From the NCBI GenBank assembly GCA_020184695.1, contig JAANOX010000134.1, positions 1-64,000 of the forward strand: a DNA stretch of 64,000 nucleotides. The letters run 5' to 3'. The notes under the pieces were generated by a model that did no database searches, had not been told where the DNA came from, and saw nothing but the letters and a program-made list of their open reading frames with translations. This document shows positions 1-11,300 of this stretch, in pieces (the first letter of the stretch is position 1; each line of letters begins with the position of its first letter). Origin of the DNA: Histomonas meleagridis 2922-C6/04-290x (taxonomy: Eukaryota > Protista > Parabasalia). The translations under genes and the position numbers were made by a program.

Positions 1-8
1 TTGTTTTT

Positions 9-1385
9 TTGGATATTGAACCAGTCATTCGTGATCCAAAGACACCAGAGGATATCCGCAAAGAAAAAATACGGATCAAAGAAAATTTTGCTCGAATGTA
101 TTTTTTTGCTGATAATTTATTACTATCGAAGTCATCTGTTGATAACAAAGTTTCATTAATATTTGGCGCATTTGAGTTTTTAATATCGAATTTATCACCT
201 GAAGAATATCCTCCAATTATATATCAACATATACCAGAATATGTATTTTCGGGGCCAATACGATTCTTAAATTGTTTGATGAGAGCGAATGTGATTGGGA
301 ATAAGTTAAATGATTATTTAATTAATATGATAACGAAATTATTTTCTAATCGAAATTATATTCCTAATCCAACTTTAGCATTTGAAATTGTACAATTTTA
401 TTCATCGATATTATTTGACAAGAAAATAAATTATTTGTTATTGATAACATCTGTTATCGAAAAAGCGTTTCCATCAGTCATTGATTTTTATTCACGTTGT
501 GAAGCTACAGGAACACATTCAGAATACTCTGATAAATATAAATTTCGGCCTAATTGCGTCAAATTATTAAATTATTGGTTACAATTTCCGGAATGTTTGA
601 ATTATTTTGTCAATAATTCAAACAATGAATCGATTTCATTATTTGTATATTATTTGTTTAAAGATTGTACTGATTATATTAATAAATTCCATGAAGATAT
701 TGTAACTCAATCAAATAAATTATATGATTTAGATTATAATGATATGAAGAATTCACTTTTGTTATTAAATAAAATCGCAGAAGCTAAATCAATGTTATTC
801 GAAGATAAGAAATTCGTTTCACTTCCAAGTATGTTCTATTTCTCGTTACAAAAATATTTCGATTTATATCCGATGACACTTAAAATTCATTTTAATGAAT
901 TTGATCCAGAATTCTTATTCATTAACTTAATAAAACTTGTCGGGTCTTTTAAGGGAAATGAAATCATTTTGAAGTATTTCAAAGACCCTGCATATGGTTA
1001 TAATACAGATATCATTCATTTGTCGATCGGGAAATTGGATAACTTCAAAAATAATTATGAATTCTATTTAATTAAAAATAATTTCATGGAATTCATATGT
1101 AACTTAAATAATATAAATTTGGAATTCGATATCCCGCAAGAAATTATAGAAAATGCACCTTCGGATTATTTGGACCCAATTACATACGAATTGTTGTATG
1201 ACCCTGTGATGCTGTCAACAGGTTTGATAATAAATAACAGTACATATCTACAAAATTTGTCCCTATTCGGTAATAAGGACCCATTGACTCAAATGCCATT
1301 CGACCCGGATAAAACAAAGGAATTACCGGAGTTGAAGAAAAAGATTTTGGATTGGGTAAAGGAACAAAAGGAAAAGAAAAATTAA
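9..1385 (+). CDS. UFD2: U-box E3/E4 ubiquitin ligase, Ufd2/UBE4-like (probably 5'-truncated by window edge)
   Basis: C-terminal U-box (PSDYLDPITYELLYDPVML...KDPLTQMP...ELKKKI) after a helical Ufd2-core-like region; the ORF opens on TTG at the window edge. Confidence 0.75.
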   Translation: MDIEPVIRDPKTPEDIRKEKIRIKENFARMYFFADNLLLSKSSVDNKVSLIFGAFEFLISNLSPEEYPPIIYQHIPEYVFSGPIRFLNCLMRANVIGNKLNDYLINMITKLFSNRNYIPNPTLAFEIVQFYSSILFDKKINYLLLITSVIEKAFPSVIDFYSRCEATGTHSEYSDKYKFRPNCVKLLNYWLQFPECLNYFVNNSNNESISLFVYYLFKDCTDYINKFHEDIVTQSNKLYDLDYNDMKNSLLLLNKIAEAKSMLFEDKKFVSLPSMFYFSLQKYFDLYPMTLKIHFNEFDPEFLFINLIKLVGSFKGNEIILKYFKDPAYGYNTDIIHLSIGKLDNFKNNYEFYLIKNNFMEFICNLNNINLEFDIPQEIIENAPSDYLDPITYELLYDPVMLSTGLIINNSTYLQNLSLFGNKDPLTQMPFDPDKTKELPELKKKILDWVKEQKEKKN

Positions 1386-1440
1386 ACAAAATAATAATAA
1401 TAAAAATTCGATTTTGTGATTTTTATGATATATATTTTGT

Positions 1441-1870
1441 ATAATTTCCAAATATTATAATCAAATAATTCCAAAATCAATTTATGAAAGATGTTCATTT
1501 ATTAACAATTGGAATGTTACATTGCAATTAAAGTAGCTATTTAACGTTAAAAAAACGCAAACGAAAAAAACTTCACTTTTCTCAACGTTATTTTCGCTAC
1601 GTTTTTTTAACGTTGCCCAAGTCTGGTGCAATTGACCCAATATTTTGAAAAATAAAATCATTATAATGAATCACAAATAAAAGAAATAAATATCATCAGC
1701 GTCAATATCAATTCCTTCATGTTCAAGAAGTAATTTAACTATTTCTGTATAACTTTTAACAGATGCATACATAAGTTCTGTATGAAATAATCAAAATAAT
1801 TTTCAAATATTATTTCGAACTATAAAATTATTAAAATAAATTTTATATAAAACAAATAAATATCTTCTTA
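1441..1870 (-). pseudogene. Orphan remnants of the DUF3447/ankyrin family
   Basis: Minus strand encodes TELMYASVKSYTEIVKLLLEHEGIDIDADD with an 80-nt spacer at 1782-1861. A plus-strand piece at about 1483-1520 (YERCSFINNW) matches 35830-35859. Confidence 0.8.
1543..1614. repeat. Perfect 15-bp inverted repeat
   Basis: AACGTTAAAAAAACG (1543-1557) and CGTTTTTTTAACGTT (1600-1614). Confidence 0.85.
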
Positions 1871-1943
1871 ACCTTACATTGTACTATACAAAAACATCAA
1901 AGTTCACAAACTTTATATATAAATACTATCGATCACAAATTAC

Positions 1944-4061
1944 TTATATTTTCCTCCGCTTTTCCATATCCACTTTTCTCATCTTTGGCTTTGTTATCAT
2001 TTCCTCTATTTCCATCCTAAGTTCGTCCACGTCATTTGGCGCATTGTTTTCATGGTCCGTAAGTTGTCCGTATAACCTTTGCGCCCAAGTCATCCATGCG
2101 GTACTTGGCCGTAAGTTATTAATGATCTCTGATTGCCTCACCAATAGACCTCTTGTTTGCGTATGCAGCTGATCCAGGTGTTGAATTTGTTGTTGCATAC
2201 CATCGAACAATGTAACGAGTCGGAACTTCTTTTGGATGTCGAATTCGCAGTTCTTTCGAACGTGTTTAATTTCTTTAGCAGCTTTCGATGTGATCGATGT
2301 GAACCCTTCGAATGTATATTGCTGCGTTTGGTTGCGGCCATATGCATCGCAAAAAGCATAGAACAATGAAGAAAGAACATCAGTGTCATTACTTGCACGT
2401 TCGCTTTCGAGTTTCCGACGAATTTTCTGCTCGAGTTCTTCCTTAAGTGATTTAGTTAGATCCTTGCGTACCTTAGGCGCAAGTGTCTGCTTAAGCTCTT
2501 CAATGACATCTGACTTAACACGTGTCTTGTAGTCGCTGCGGAAGTCGGAGTCGAGTTCTGCTTTGATGCTCTGCTTAAGGTCTTCGCGCACTTTGGCTTC
2601 TTCGCTTTCGATTTTGGATTTGATGTCTTTCCGCATTTTGCTTTCGAGTTCTGCTCTTAATTCGCTTTCGACTTTCTTTTTGAGTTTCGTTTGGAGTTCC
2701 GCTTTAATGTTTTCTTCGAGTTCTGCTCTTAATTCGCTTTCGACTTTCTTTTTAAGTTTCGTTTGGAGTTCTGCTTTAACATTGTCTTCGAGTTCTGCTC
2801 TTAATTCGCTTTCGACTTTCTTTTTGAGTTTCGTTTGGAGTTCCGCTTTAATATTGTCTTCGAGTTCTGCTCTTAAATCATTTTCGACTTTCTTTTTAAG
2901 TTTCGATTGGAGTTCGGATTTAACATTTTGCTTTTCGTCTCTGAGATTTGACTCGAGTTCTTCGCGAAGTTCTGCTTCGATTCTGTCTCTTAGCTTCGGC
3001 TCTATTTCTCCGCGAAGTTCTTTTTCGACTTTGTTCTTAAGTTTCGCTTTCAGCTCGCTTCTTACATTTGGCTCAAGTTCTTCTTTGAGTTCATTTCTGA
3101 CTTCTTCTTGTAAATCTATTTTTAGCTCTTTCCGAAGATTCGTCTCGACATTTCCTTTGAGATTTGTCCGGAGTTTGCTTTCGACTTCTTTTTTAACTTT
3201 GGTTTCAAGTTCTGATCTTAAATCATTCTCGACTTTCTTCTTTAAATTGGCCTTAAGTTCGTCTCTCACTGCTTCCTTAAGCTCTTCTTTGAGCTCATTT
3301 CGGATATTTGGCTCAAGTTCGGCTCGAAGTTTGGATTTGATTTTTCGTTTAAGTTCCTCTTTGAGCTCATTTTCAACTTTCTTCTTCAAATTCGATCTGA
3401 GCTCTTCTCGAACTGATTCTTCAAGTTCTTCTTTGAGCTCATTTCGAACTTCATCGCGAAGATCTTTTTGAAGTTTTCCTCTGAGTTCTTCTATGATTTT
3501 GGTTCGAAGCGAATTTTCGAGTTCTTCTTTTGTTTGGCTGTTGTCTCCTTTTTGAGATATTTCTGATTGAATAAATTGAATGAGTAAAAATAATTGAGTT
3601 GAAAAATCTTTTTCTTCCTTTATTTGATCAAGAGATTTTTTGTCATTACATACTTCTTGAAGTGCTTCGACAATCTCTTCAACAATGCTTCCATTCATTT
3701 GAGATTGTAGAATTCTATTCCATTCTTTAACTGAACCTAATTGACGTTCAAGAGACTCTACTTGAATTTTAAGATTTTCTATTTGACTGAGTTGATCTTT
3801 ACCTATGTAGTCAGCTGACGTTGCTGTAACATCTTGGATGAGTTGCATTAAATCAATATCTTCATCATCTGAATTATTTATAGTTGATGACGTCATTCTT
3901 GATCGCGGAGTTGTTGGGCTGTTTGCATAGGAAAACATTTTAGTAAAAAATAATAAACGGTAAAAAATGTAAACAAACTTCCTCAAAACAAAAGTGACAA
4001 CAAGAAATCTTTTTGATTCTATGTTCCATTTTGCTTTAATGTTGGGAAAATGTGTGCACAA
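1944..4061 (-). CDS. E/K/L-rich repetitive alpha-helical protein, unknown function
   Basis: 705-aa ORF (likely start at the internal MFSYANSP) with tandem 24-aa units such as SELRAELEDNVKAELQTKLKKKVE. Confidence 0.8.
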   Translation of the reverse strand: MCTHFPNIKAKWNIESKRFLVVTFVLRKFVYIFYRLLFFTKMFSYANSPTTPRSRMTSSTINNSDDEDIDLMQLIQDVTATSADYIGKDQLSQIENLKIQVESLERQLGSVKEWNRILQSQMNGSIVEEIVEALQEVCNDKKSLDQIKEEKDFSTQLFLLIQFIQSEISQKGDNSQTKEELENSLRTKIIEELRGKLQKDLRDEVRNELKEELEESVREELRSNLKKKVENELKEELKRKIKSKLRAELEPNIRNELKEELKEAVRDELKANLKKKVENDLRSELETKVKKEVESKLRTNLKGNVETNLRKELKIDLQEEVRNELKEELEPNVRSELKAKLKNKVEKELRGEIEPKLRDRIEAELREELESNLRDEKQNVKSELQSKLKKKVENDLRAELEDNIKAELQTKLKKKVESELRAELEDNVKAELQTKLKKKVESELRAELEENIKAELQTKLKKKVESELRAELESKMRKDIKSKIESEEAKVREDLKQSIKAELDSDFRSDYKTRVKSDVIEELKQTLAPKVRKDLTKSLKEELEQKIRRKLESERASNDTDVLSSLFYAFCDAYGRNQTQQYTFEGFTSITSKAAKEIKHVRKNCEFDIQKKFRLVTLFDGMQQQIQHLDQLHTQTRGLLVRQSEIINNLRPSTAWMTWAQRLYGQLTDHENNAPNDVDELRMEIEEMITKPKMRKVDMEKRRKI
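2643..2930. repeat. 72-bp coding tandem repeat, about 4 near-identical copies
   Basis: TTCGAGTTCTGCTC recurs at 2643, 2715, 2787 and 2859. Confidence 0.9.
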
Positions 4062-4463
4062 TGATAACGTGTAAAAATTTCTTCAAAAGTCATTCCTTAT
4101 CTTAAACTTATATGTCAATCATTGGAAGTTTGAATGTCGTTATATTAATATAAATAAAATATATTTCTCAACTTTATGGGAAATTTTTCCTAATTACAAA
4201 AAATATCAGAGGATTAATGGGAAAAAATATTCTGATAATCACAGTAGAACCATTTGACAATATTTATGTATTCATACATTTTTCCATCTTTGCCCAGTTT
4301 TGAACAAATTCAAAAAATGCAAACTATGAAACTTTTTGAAAACAAATTGACTAGAATCGGATCGTTACTTTTTATAACACTACGTGTCAAATGTCATTCA
4401 GAATTGAATTTATTGATTAGAATTCAATATTAAAACAAAATTTTTATCTGTTTTGTCAAAAGA

Positions 4464-5420
4464 ATGTTCGCTCTTCTCTTTGTGAGTGCTTTATGTGACT
4501 CAGAGATAGAACTAATGGAAATCTCAGAAGGACTTGAAAATATTGATTCATGTGCAATCTGCAAAAATGTAATCACAGGAATTGTCTACGTTTTAGAGAC
4601 TTCTCACATTCAATCAGATATTAAACAACTAGTATCTGAGCTAACATGCGATAAATTCTCCGTTGAAATTGCACGTAGTATTTGTAATGGTATTGTTAAT
4701 AATCTTCTTCCAGATATTATTTCATTAATAACCAAAGGCATTCAAAAGGCTGACATTTGCAACAAGATTAAATTCTGCAATTCAAACAATGAACTTTATG
4801 AAGAAGATGAAATCGAATATGTTGAAATCCCAGAAGGTCTCGAAAATGGCATTGCATGTTCCATCTGTAAGCATCTTGTTTCAGCTGTTTCCAAGATTCT
4901 CATCAACACCCAAGTCCAAACTAAAGTTACTGAACAAGCTCAAAAACTTTGTGCCAAATTCCCCAAGATTGGACGTGACTATTGCAACAAACTTGTTTCC
5001 ACATCTCTTTCAAAGCTTATGGATTGGCTTAACGAAAAACTCACGTCATCAGAAATATGCAATAAACTCAAATCCTGCAAATCCAATGACGAAGCCAATG
5101 ATGATGCATATCTTGAGCTCTATCTTGAAATGGACGAAGATGATTATGTCACAGAAATTGAACTTCCATTTGGACTTTCGAATTCCGATTCCTGCGCCAT
5201 CTGTAAGGAAGCTGTTGATTTTGTTTCACATGCAATGGGTAACAGTATTATTCAAGCTATAGTTAAAACAATCGCTTCCGCTGCATGCGAATTGATTCTA
5301 GATGAAACCGGATCAAAACTTTGTAAGACAATTATCGAATTATCAGTGGGACCAATAATGAGTTGGCTCGGAAACAAGTCCTCACAGTCAGAGATTTGCA
5401 CAAAGCTCGGACACTGCTAA
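4464..5420 (+). CDS. Multi-domain saposin-like (SAPLIP) protein with 3 saposin B domains
   Basis: Signal peptide followed by three C..C-x~25-C-x~11-C-x~23-C-x5-C units joined by acidic linkers. Confidence 0.9.
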   Translation: MFALLFVSALCDSEIELMEISEGLENIDSCAICKNVITGIVYVLETSHIQSDIKQLVSELTCDKFSVEIARSICNGIVNNLLPDIISLITKGIQKADICNKIKFCNSNNELYEEDEIEYVEIPEGLENGIACSICKHLVSAVSKILINTQVQTKVTEQAQKLCAKFPKIGRDYCNKLVSTSLSKLMDWLNEKLTSSEICNKLKSCKSNDEANDDAYLELYLEMDEDDYVTEIELPFGLSNSDSCAICKEAVDFVSHAMGNSIIQAIVKTIASAACELILDETGSKLCKTIIELSVGPIMSWLGNKSSQSEICTKLGHC

Positions 5421-6066
5421 GAGAACGAAATAGACGTAACAGAAGAAAATGACGACAAAATCGATTACATCGACATTCCAGAAGGAGTGATAAAGACAAT
5501 TCCCCTGAGAGGATATGTGAAAAATTAGAGTACTCTTATAGTTTTATCAATAAAAATCGATTTTGATTTTTGCCCACTAGCCGGATAATTCAATAAATTT
5601 AACTTTTTGAAATCTGTAGGAGTATAATTTGCAAGATGCTTAAGCTTTTGTATCTTTTTGTATCGCTTGCGTTGTTTTTAGAATTTTGGGCTGCAATGAA
5701 AATGTTTACATGAAAATTATTATGTTGAAAACATTTAAGATAAATTTATTTCTTAAAAAATTTTGATAATATTGGAAAAGGATGACTACAATTCACTTGA
5801 ACCAAAATATTAAGATGAGAAAATCCTATCATTTCCAAAATAATGGACATACTTTAATGGTTTTAATCAAATTCTTTAAACATAGAACGAGCTTTGCACA
5901 AACTATATACCAAACATATTTATAAGTTATTAAATTTTCTGCGCAAAGTGTTGTTTAATCTAAGATCTTTTTCTAATGGCTTAGATATGTAAACTAGTCA
6001 ATTTAACTTCTGTTATTAAATGTATTTTAATCGTTTATATATACCAAATTTCTTGGCACGGGCAAG

Positions 6067-7956
6067 ATGGAAAGTAAAAATCCACATTGTCCACCAACTA
6101 GAGACAGAGCAATGTCTCTGCCAGCTGCTCTTAGATTCAACCAAGAAATTGCATATCATTGTCGAGCTAAACAATTTGATCATGCATGTGCCTGTTTTAA
6201 AAAAATGCTTGAATCAAATGTTACTCCAGATATTGTTACCTACAACACCATGATAAATGTATATGTCAAAATGCAAAAACTCAAAGAAGCATTTGATCTC
6301 TTTTATCAAATGAAATCTCATAATATCGAACCAACAATTGTAACATACACCAGCCTTATTGATGGGTGTGGCAAATGTGGCCAATTTGCATTAGCTCTTT
6401 CACTTTATAACGAAGTTAAATCTACAAATGTAAATCGACATTTTTTCAATGCAATAATGAATGCAGGCCTTCTCAATGGCTACATTCACATCGTAGACGA
6501 TGTTTGGGCTGAAATAGAAAAACGGAACATCAGACCAAATACAGTTACATTTAATACAATTCTTTCTGGATATATTAGATTTGATCAACTTGGAAAAATG
6601 AAAAGTGTACTACAAAAAATGATTTCGTTAAAAGTTGAATTAAATTCTATTACACAAACAACAATTTTACAAGCAGTTCAACTTGTTCGAACATCAAATG
6701 ATCTCTCACAATTTCTCGAATTATTAGCAATTTCCGACCTTAAATTATCCCAGCTACAGGCATCACAAGCTGTTCTTGACCTTATAAACCTTAAGCGAGT
6801 AATAATGGCACAAAAATTGATTAATTCATTTTTATCAATGAAATGCTTATTATGTGAGGAAGTTTTTGCTAAGATGGCAGAGCTTGCTGGGGAGACGGGT
6901 AATTTCCACATCATTCAATGGGTTTATAACTTATCATTAGATTTTGGATATGACATACAACAACAAGTATTCTTTGCAAACATACATGCGTTCTCTAAAT
7001 TTGATAACTCCACTGAAGTCAAACATCTTTGTTCCAAGATTGGTATGAATTATCAATTGGTTCCATTCAAAATCAAATTAAGCATTATTCAATGTATGTT
7101 TAACAACAATGAGTTAAAATTTGGTTTGGAGGTATTGAATCAATGTGTAGAGTCAAAACAAATTGACATAGATTCCCTGGATAAGGTTTTAGAGCTTCTT
7201 TCTTCGCAGGACATGTTTGACTACATTGTAAAAATTTTTCAGAGCCATTTGCGGTTACAATTCACTAACTTTGGTCAGATTGCTTCTGATTGTATAATTT
7301 CGTCTTTTGTTTCTACTAAAACACCATTAAAAAAGTTCAGTGGGTTTAAACCTTCGATTAGATCTTTGGTAATGTTAGCAAAAGCTACGCCCGCTAATGA
7401 GATGGAATCAATTCCATGGGAAATTTTGATTAAATCAGTAACTTTTGTACCACCACCAAACCTTTTATTGGACTTCATGAATACTCTGCTTTACAAAGGT
7501 CAAATCAAAAATGTATGGGTAGCATATAAACATTTCATTGAATTAGGATCTGAACCAGACCCATCAATGGTTGGAATGATACTTAATTATCTCCAAGAAA
7601 ACGGGTCGTTTGATGATTTGAACTATTTATTCAACACATCTCCCGAAATGCCGCCCGATGTAACATCTTCACTTTATTCCGCATTGATCTCAAAAGCTTT
7701 GGATAACGGAGACCTAACAGATGCCCTAGTTGTTCATGGCGAGTCCAAATCAATGAATGTGGAAATATCTGAAGATGTCGAAAATAAATATAATCAGAAA
7801 TTTGACAAGGTCCAGCATGCTTTGACAGGTGCACCGAGCTTGACAATATCGCCTCTGAAAACCATCCGACGGAATCGATCTTACACATATACAAGGCCGA
7901 GATCGAAATCGAAGTCGAGCTATCAATCGATAGATTACTCGAATTATAATGTGTAA
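6067..7956 (+). CDS. Pentatricopeptide repeat (PPR) protein
   Basis: Tandem ~35-aa motifs, e.g. VTYNTMINVYVKMQKLKEAFDLFYQMKSHNIEPT and VTYTSLIDGCGKCGQFALALSLYNEV. Confidence 0.9.
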   Translation: MESKNPHCPPTRDRAMSLPAALRFNQEIAYHCRAKQFDHACACFKKMLESNVTPDIVTYNTMINVYVKMQKLKEAFDLFYQMKSHNIEPTIVTYTSLIDGCGKCGQFALALSLYNEVKSTNVNRHFFNAIMNAGLLNGYIHIVDDVWAEIEKRNIRPNTVTFNTILSGYIRFDQLGKMKSVLQKMISLKVELNSITQTTILQAVQLVRTSNDLSQFLELLAISDLKLSQLQASQAVLDLINLKRVIMAQKLINSFLSMKCLLCEEVFAKMAELAGETGNFHIIQWVYNLSLDFGYDIQQQVFFANIHAFSKFDNSTEVKHLCSKIGMNYQLVPFKIKLSIIQCMFNNNELKFGLEVLNQCVESKQIDIDSLDKVLELLSSQDMFDYIVKIFQSHLRLQFTNFGQIASDCIISSFVSTKTPLKKFSGFKPSIRSLVMLAKATPANEMESIPWEILIKSVTFVPPPNLLLDFMNTLLYKGQIKNVWVAYKHFIELGSEPDPSMVGMILNYLQENGSFDDLNYLFNTSPEMPPDVTSSLYSALISKALDNGDLTDALVVHGESKSMNVEISEDVENKYNQKFDKVQHALTGAPSLTISPLKTIRRNRSYTYTRPRSKSKSSYQSIDYSNYNV

Positions 7957-8381
7957 AGTAATGAGCGATCTAATTATTAAAATATGTAAAGATTTAGGAT
8001 TCAAATTTTTTCTTCTTATAATTTGTGTAATTACATTTTCCAATAAAAACAATTCAAAGAACCATTGATTTTGTTGTAATTGATTTGCAAATATAATTTG
8101 GAAATTATTTAAATGAATTAATTCACTAATCAACTATCGAATTGTAATAAGAGATTAATTCCTTTATTATATGTGTGAAGATTCTGAACTAGAAATAGTA
8201 ATATTTACTTTGAATTTAATAATTATATTTTTGTATAAGTAAATATTAATTTACTAGAAATAGATAACATGCGAATGCTTCAATTGGATTATTTTCATTG
8301 TTTTTATAGTTTTTCATTATAAAATATTTATTTAACAAAAACCGATTTTTCCAAAATTATTTTTTCTTATTATCACTTTAT

Positions 8382-11300
8382 TTAATTAATGTCACATGCC
8401 AAATCGCACCCTATATACGAGTCACACAGCGCGAACATCCTCAACGGGAGTGCCATCATTTCAGGGCTTACTTCGAATGTCACCAATATCTTTCTTTCGA
8501 ACGCTACCTTCTGTATGTCTATCAAGTTCTCACCTCCGTCGACGAGCACCACCCACCAGTTCTCGCTTTTCCTCAAGCAGAAGTTTGGGGCGAGCACCAG
8601 TCCGACGTTTTCGTCCTCGTCGATATCTCTTTCGAGCATTGCCTCTACGGTATTATTTCCGACCTTTCTTGCGGCCAAGTTAATGCTTGGATATCTATTT
8701 GCAGCGTTACATATTGCTGTCCATTTATATTCTTCGTTTGGATTAATTTCCAATAATTGTTTACAATATACGTCTCCGTTTTCATCACTTCCTTTATCTC
8801 TTAAGTCATTCACTGTTACTATACCATTTGCAATACATTTCTCTGCAATGTTTTGAGTGATAAATGGCATTTGTAATAATTCCGATTGATCAAAACCAAT
8901 TGTTTGAACAAATCGTTGATTAAGTTGTATCGCAGCTATTGCAGGTTTTAACCAATTACAAATTGCTGCGATTTGGATAACTGCGTTTATAACTCGTAAA
9001 AATGTTATTGACATTTCTCTAAAGTTAATATATAACTCTTCTGGTATAGGTATTCGATACATATAACAACGAAAGATTAAGTTAACATATGATGAAGGAT
9101 CATTAGGTTCAATTAAAAGATCAGGGAAATGATTCGATAAATTATTAATAGTTTTCGGTGATTTAATTTGTATTGTTGAGAATTCAGTTGATGAACATAT
9201 TAATTGTAAAATTCCTTTATGCGCAGTATCTTTAGTTAAAGAACCAGCTATAAGTTCTATTGTAGAAGGATCTACATAACAAGTTGTCGAGATTTGACCT
9301 AATGGTAAAATGTTCAAAGTGAAATTATCTTCATTTTCTTCAATAGCATTAAATGATTTTAGTTCATCAACAGAATTATCAATTAAATCAGATACATAAT
9401 CACTAATGCCTTGTTGTGTATTAACCATTATACCATAATATGAAGGATTACGTATTATACGTTGATAGAAATATGTATTTGTTACATATTTAATTAGGTC
9501 ATTCTTTGTATGTGCAATACCTAATGCCATTATATTATTAAAAGCAATTTGACTAATTCGATCGAAATTACTTTCAATAGGTAATGGCTCTGTTAAAAAT
9601 GTTAAATAAAACAATTTACGTGGCGTATGAGTGAACAAGACAAATGTACCATTATCTAAAGTATAACCCATACATTCGATAATATTATAAATCGAATATT
9701 CAATATGATTATGTGTAATACCATCATAATAATCAGTACCTTTCATTACGACTATATCTGCACTAATATTTAATTCCCATACACAATCTATAACACATAT
9801 AATACAACCTATAGATTGCCCTAAGTTATCAGTAATTAATTCTTTATCATAATCACTTAAGTTAGTATGGAATAAACTAATTCCATATTGACTAATTTGA
9901 TTAAGTGTTCCATCTTTAAATAATGGTGGTTCACCACGTGAAAATAATTTATCATTCCCTAAAATACTTGAATAATTAATTAATTCAAATGCTGTTTGAT
10001 ACATTTGTTGATTATTAGGTACAAATATTATTGACGTGTTTGAATCTTTAATAGTAGTAAATAATGGTCGACTCATTGACATTAATCTTGATCTTGAAGT
10101 AGGGAAATTAAATGTTTGAATCTTAAATTGGATTTTCCTCATATCAGGTGTAAATGCAAAGATGAATTTAGGATCACAATTAATCCATAAACCTAATGAT
10201 TTAGGATCTAATATACAAGAAGAAATACCTACAAATCGAGTAACACAACCTAAGAATTTCATTGTCGATATTAATATTTCATAATCAATATAATCTTCAT
10301 CACCTATTAAATGTAAATCAAATAATATTACTGTATCAAAATGATCATAAGTTATAAACATAGAATGTGTACCTATGATTAATCTAGATTCATGTATAAT
10401 TTTCTCATCTAAATCGATATCTCCTGTTAATACTTTAAACCCATAAAGTGATGAATATTGTTGAGAAAGTTTCTTAAATTTATCATAGACAGGTATAATA
10501 ATAGCAATTTTATGATTATTACTTAATGATGATTCAATAATAGTTTTAATACAAACTGATCTACCAGTATTAGGTGGTGCTGCAACAAATATTGATTTAT
10601 CTGGATTATTATTAGCACAATTAATAAATTCTTGGAATGGATATTCGATATTACCTTTCATGAAATTAGAACTTGGTATAGGTTTAGGTAAATTTAATGA
10701 TATTATTGGTATATTAAATTCGGCTTCACAAGGTATCCATCGATCACTAATAATTTTTACATAATAAAATGGTTGAATTGGTTGTAATATTGTTACTATG
10801 AATGATAATGTAGTTTGTGGATATCTAGATTTTAATAAAAATAATTCACTATGTAATATAGTATTTAAATCTCCATCACAACAAAAGACCCAAAATGGTT
10901 CTGTATCATGATGAATTTCTGGATCATAATCAAATTCTGCTGAGATATCAATGATAACTCTAAGGATTTTAGAATTAATTGGTATAGCTCTAGCAGAAGT
11001 TTTAATTCGTGGGAAATTCCGTATAATTTGTGCTAAGAATTCACCATCTTTAGGTGACTTAGCTAATTCTCCTAAACGTGTAGGTGTTAAATCAAAATAA
11101 TTACCCCAAGGAAAGAATTTACGTTCAAGTTGTGCTACTATTGAACTTGGAACCATTTTAAATTGTCTTAATGGTGATTGTACATTCCACATTCTAGCTC
11201 CAATCATTTTAGAATATGATAATAAATTTAATGATAATTGTGCCCATCCAAATGATAATGAAATTTCATACATACATCGCATAATACGTTCTGCATTTTG

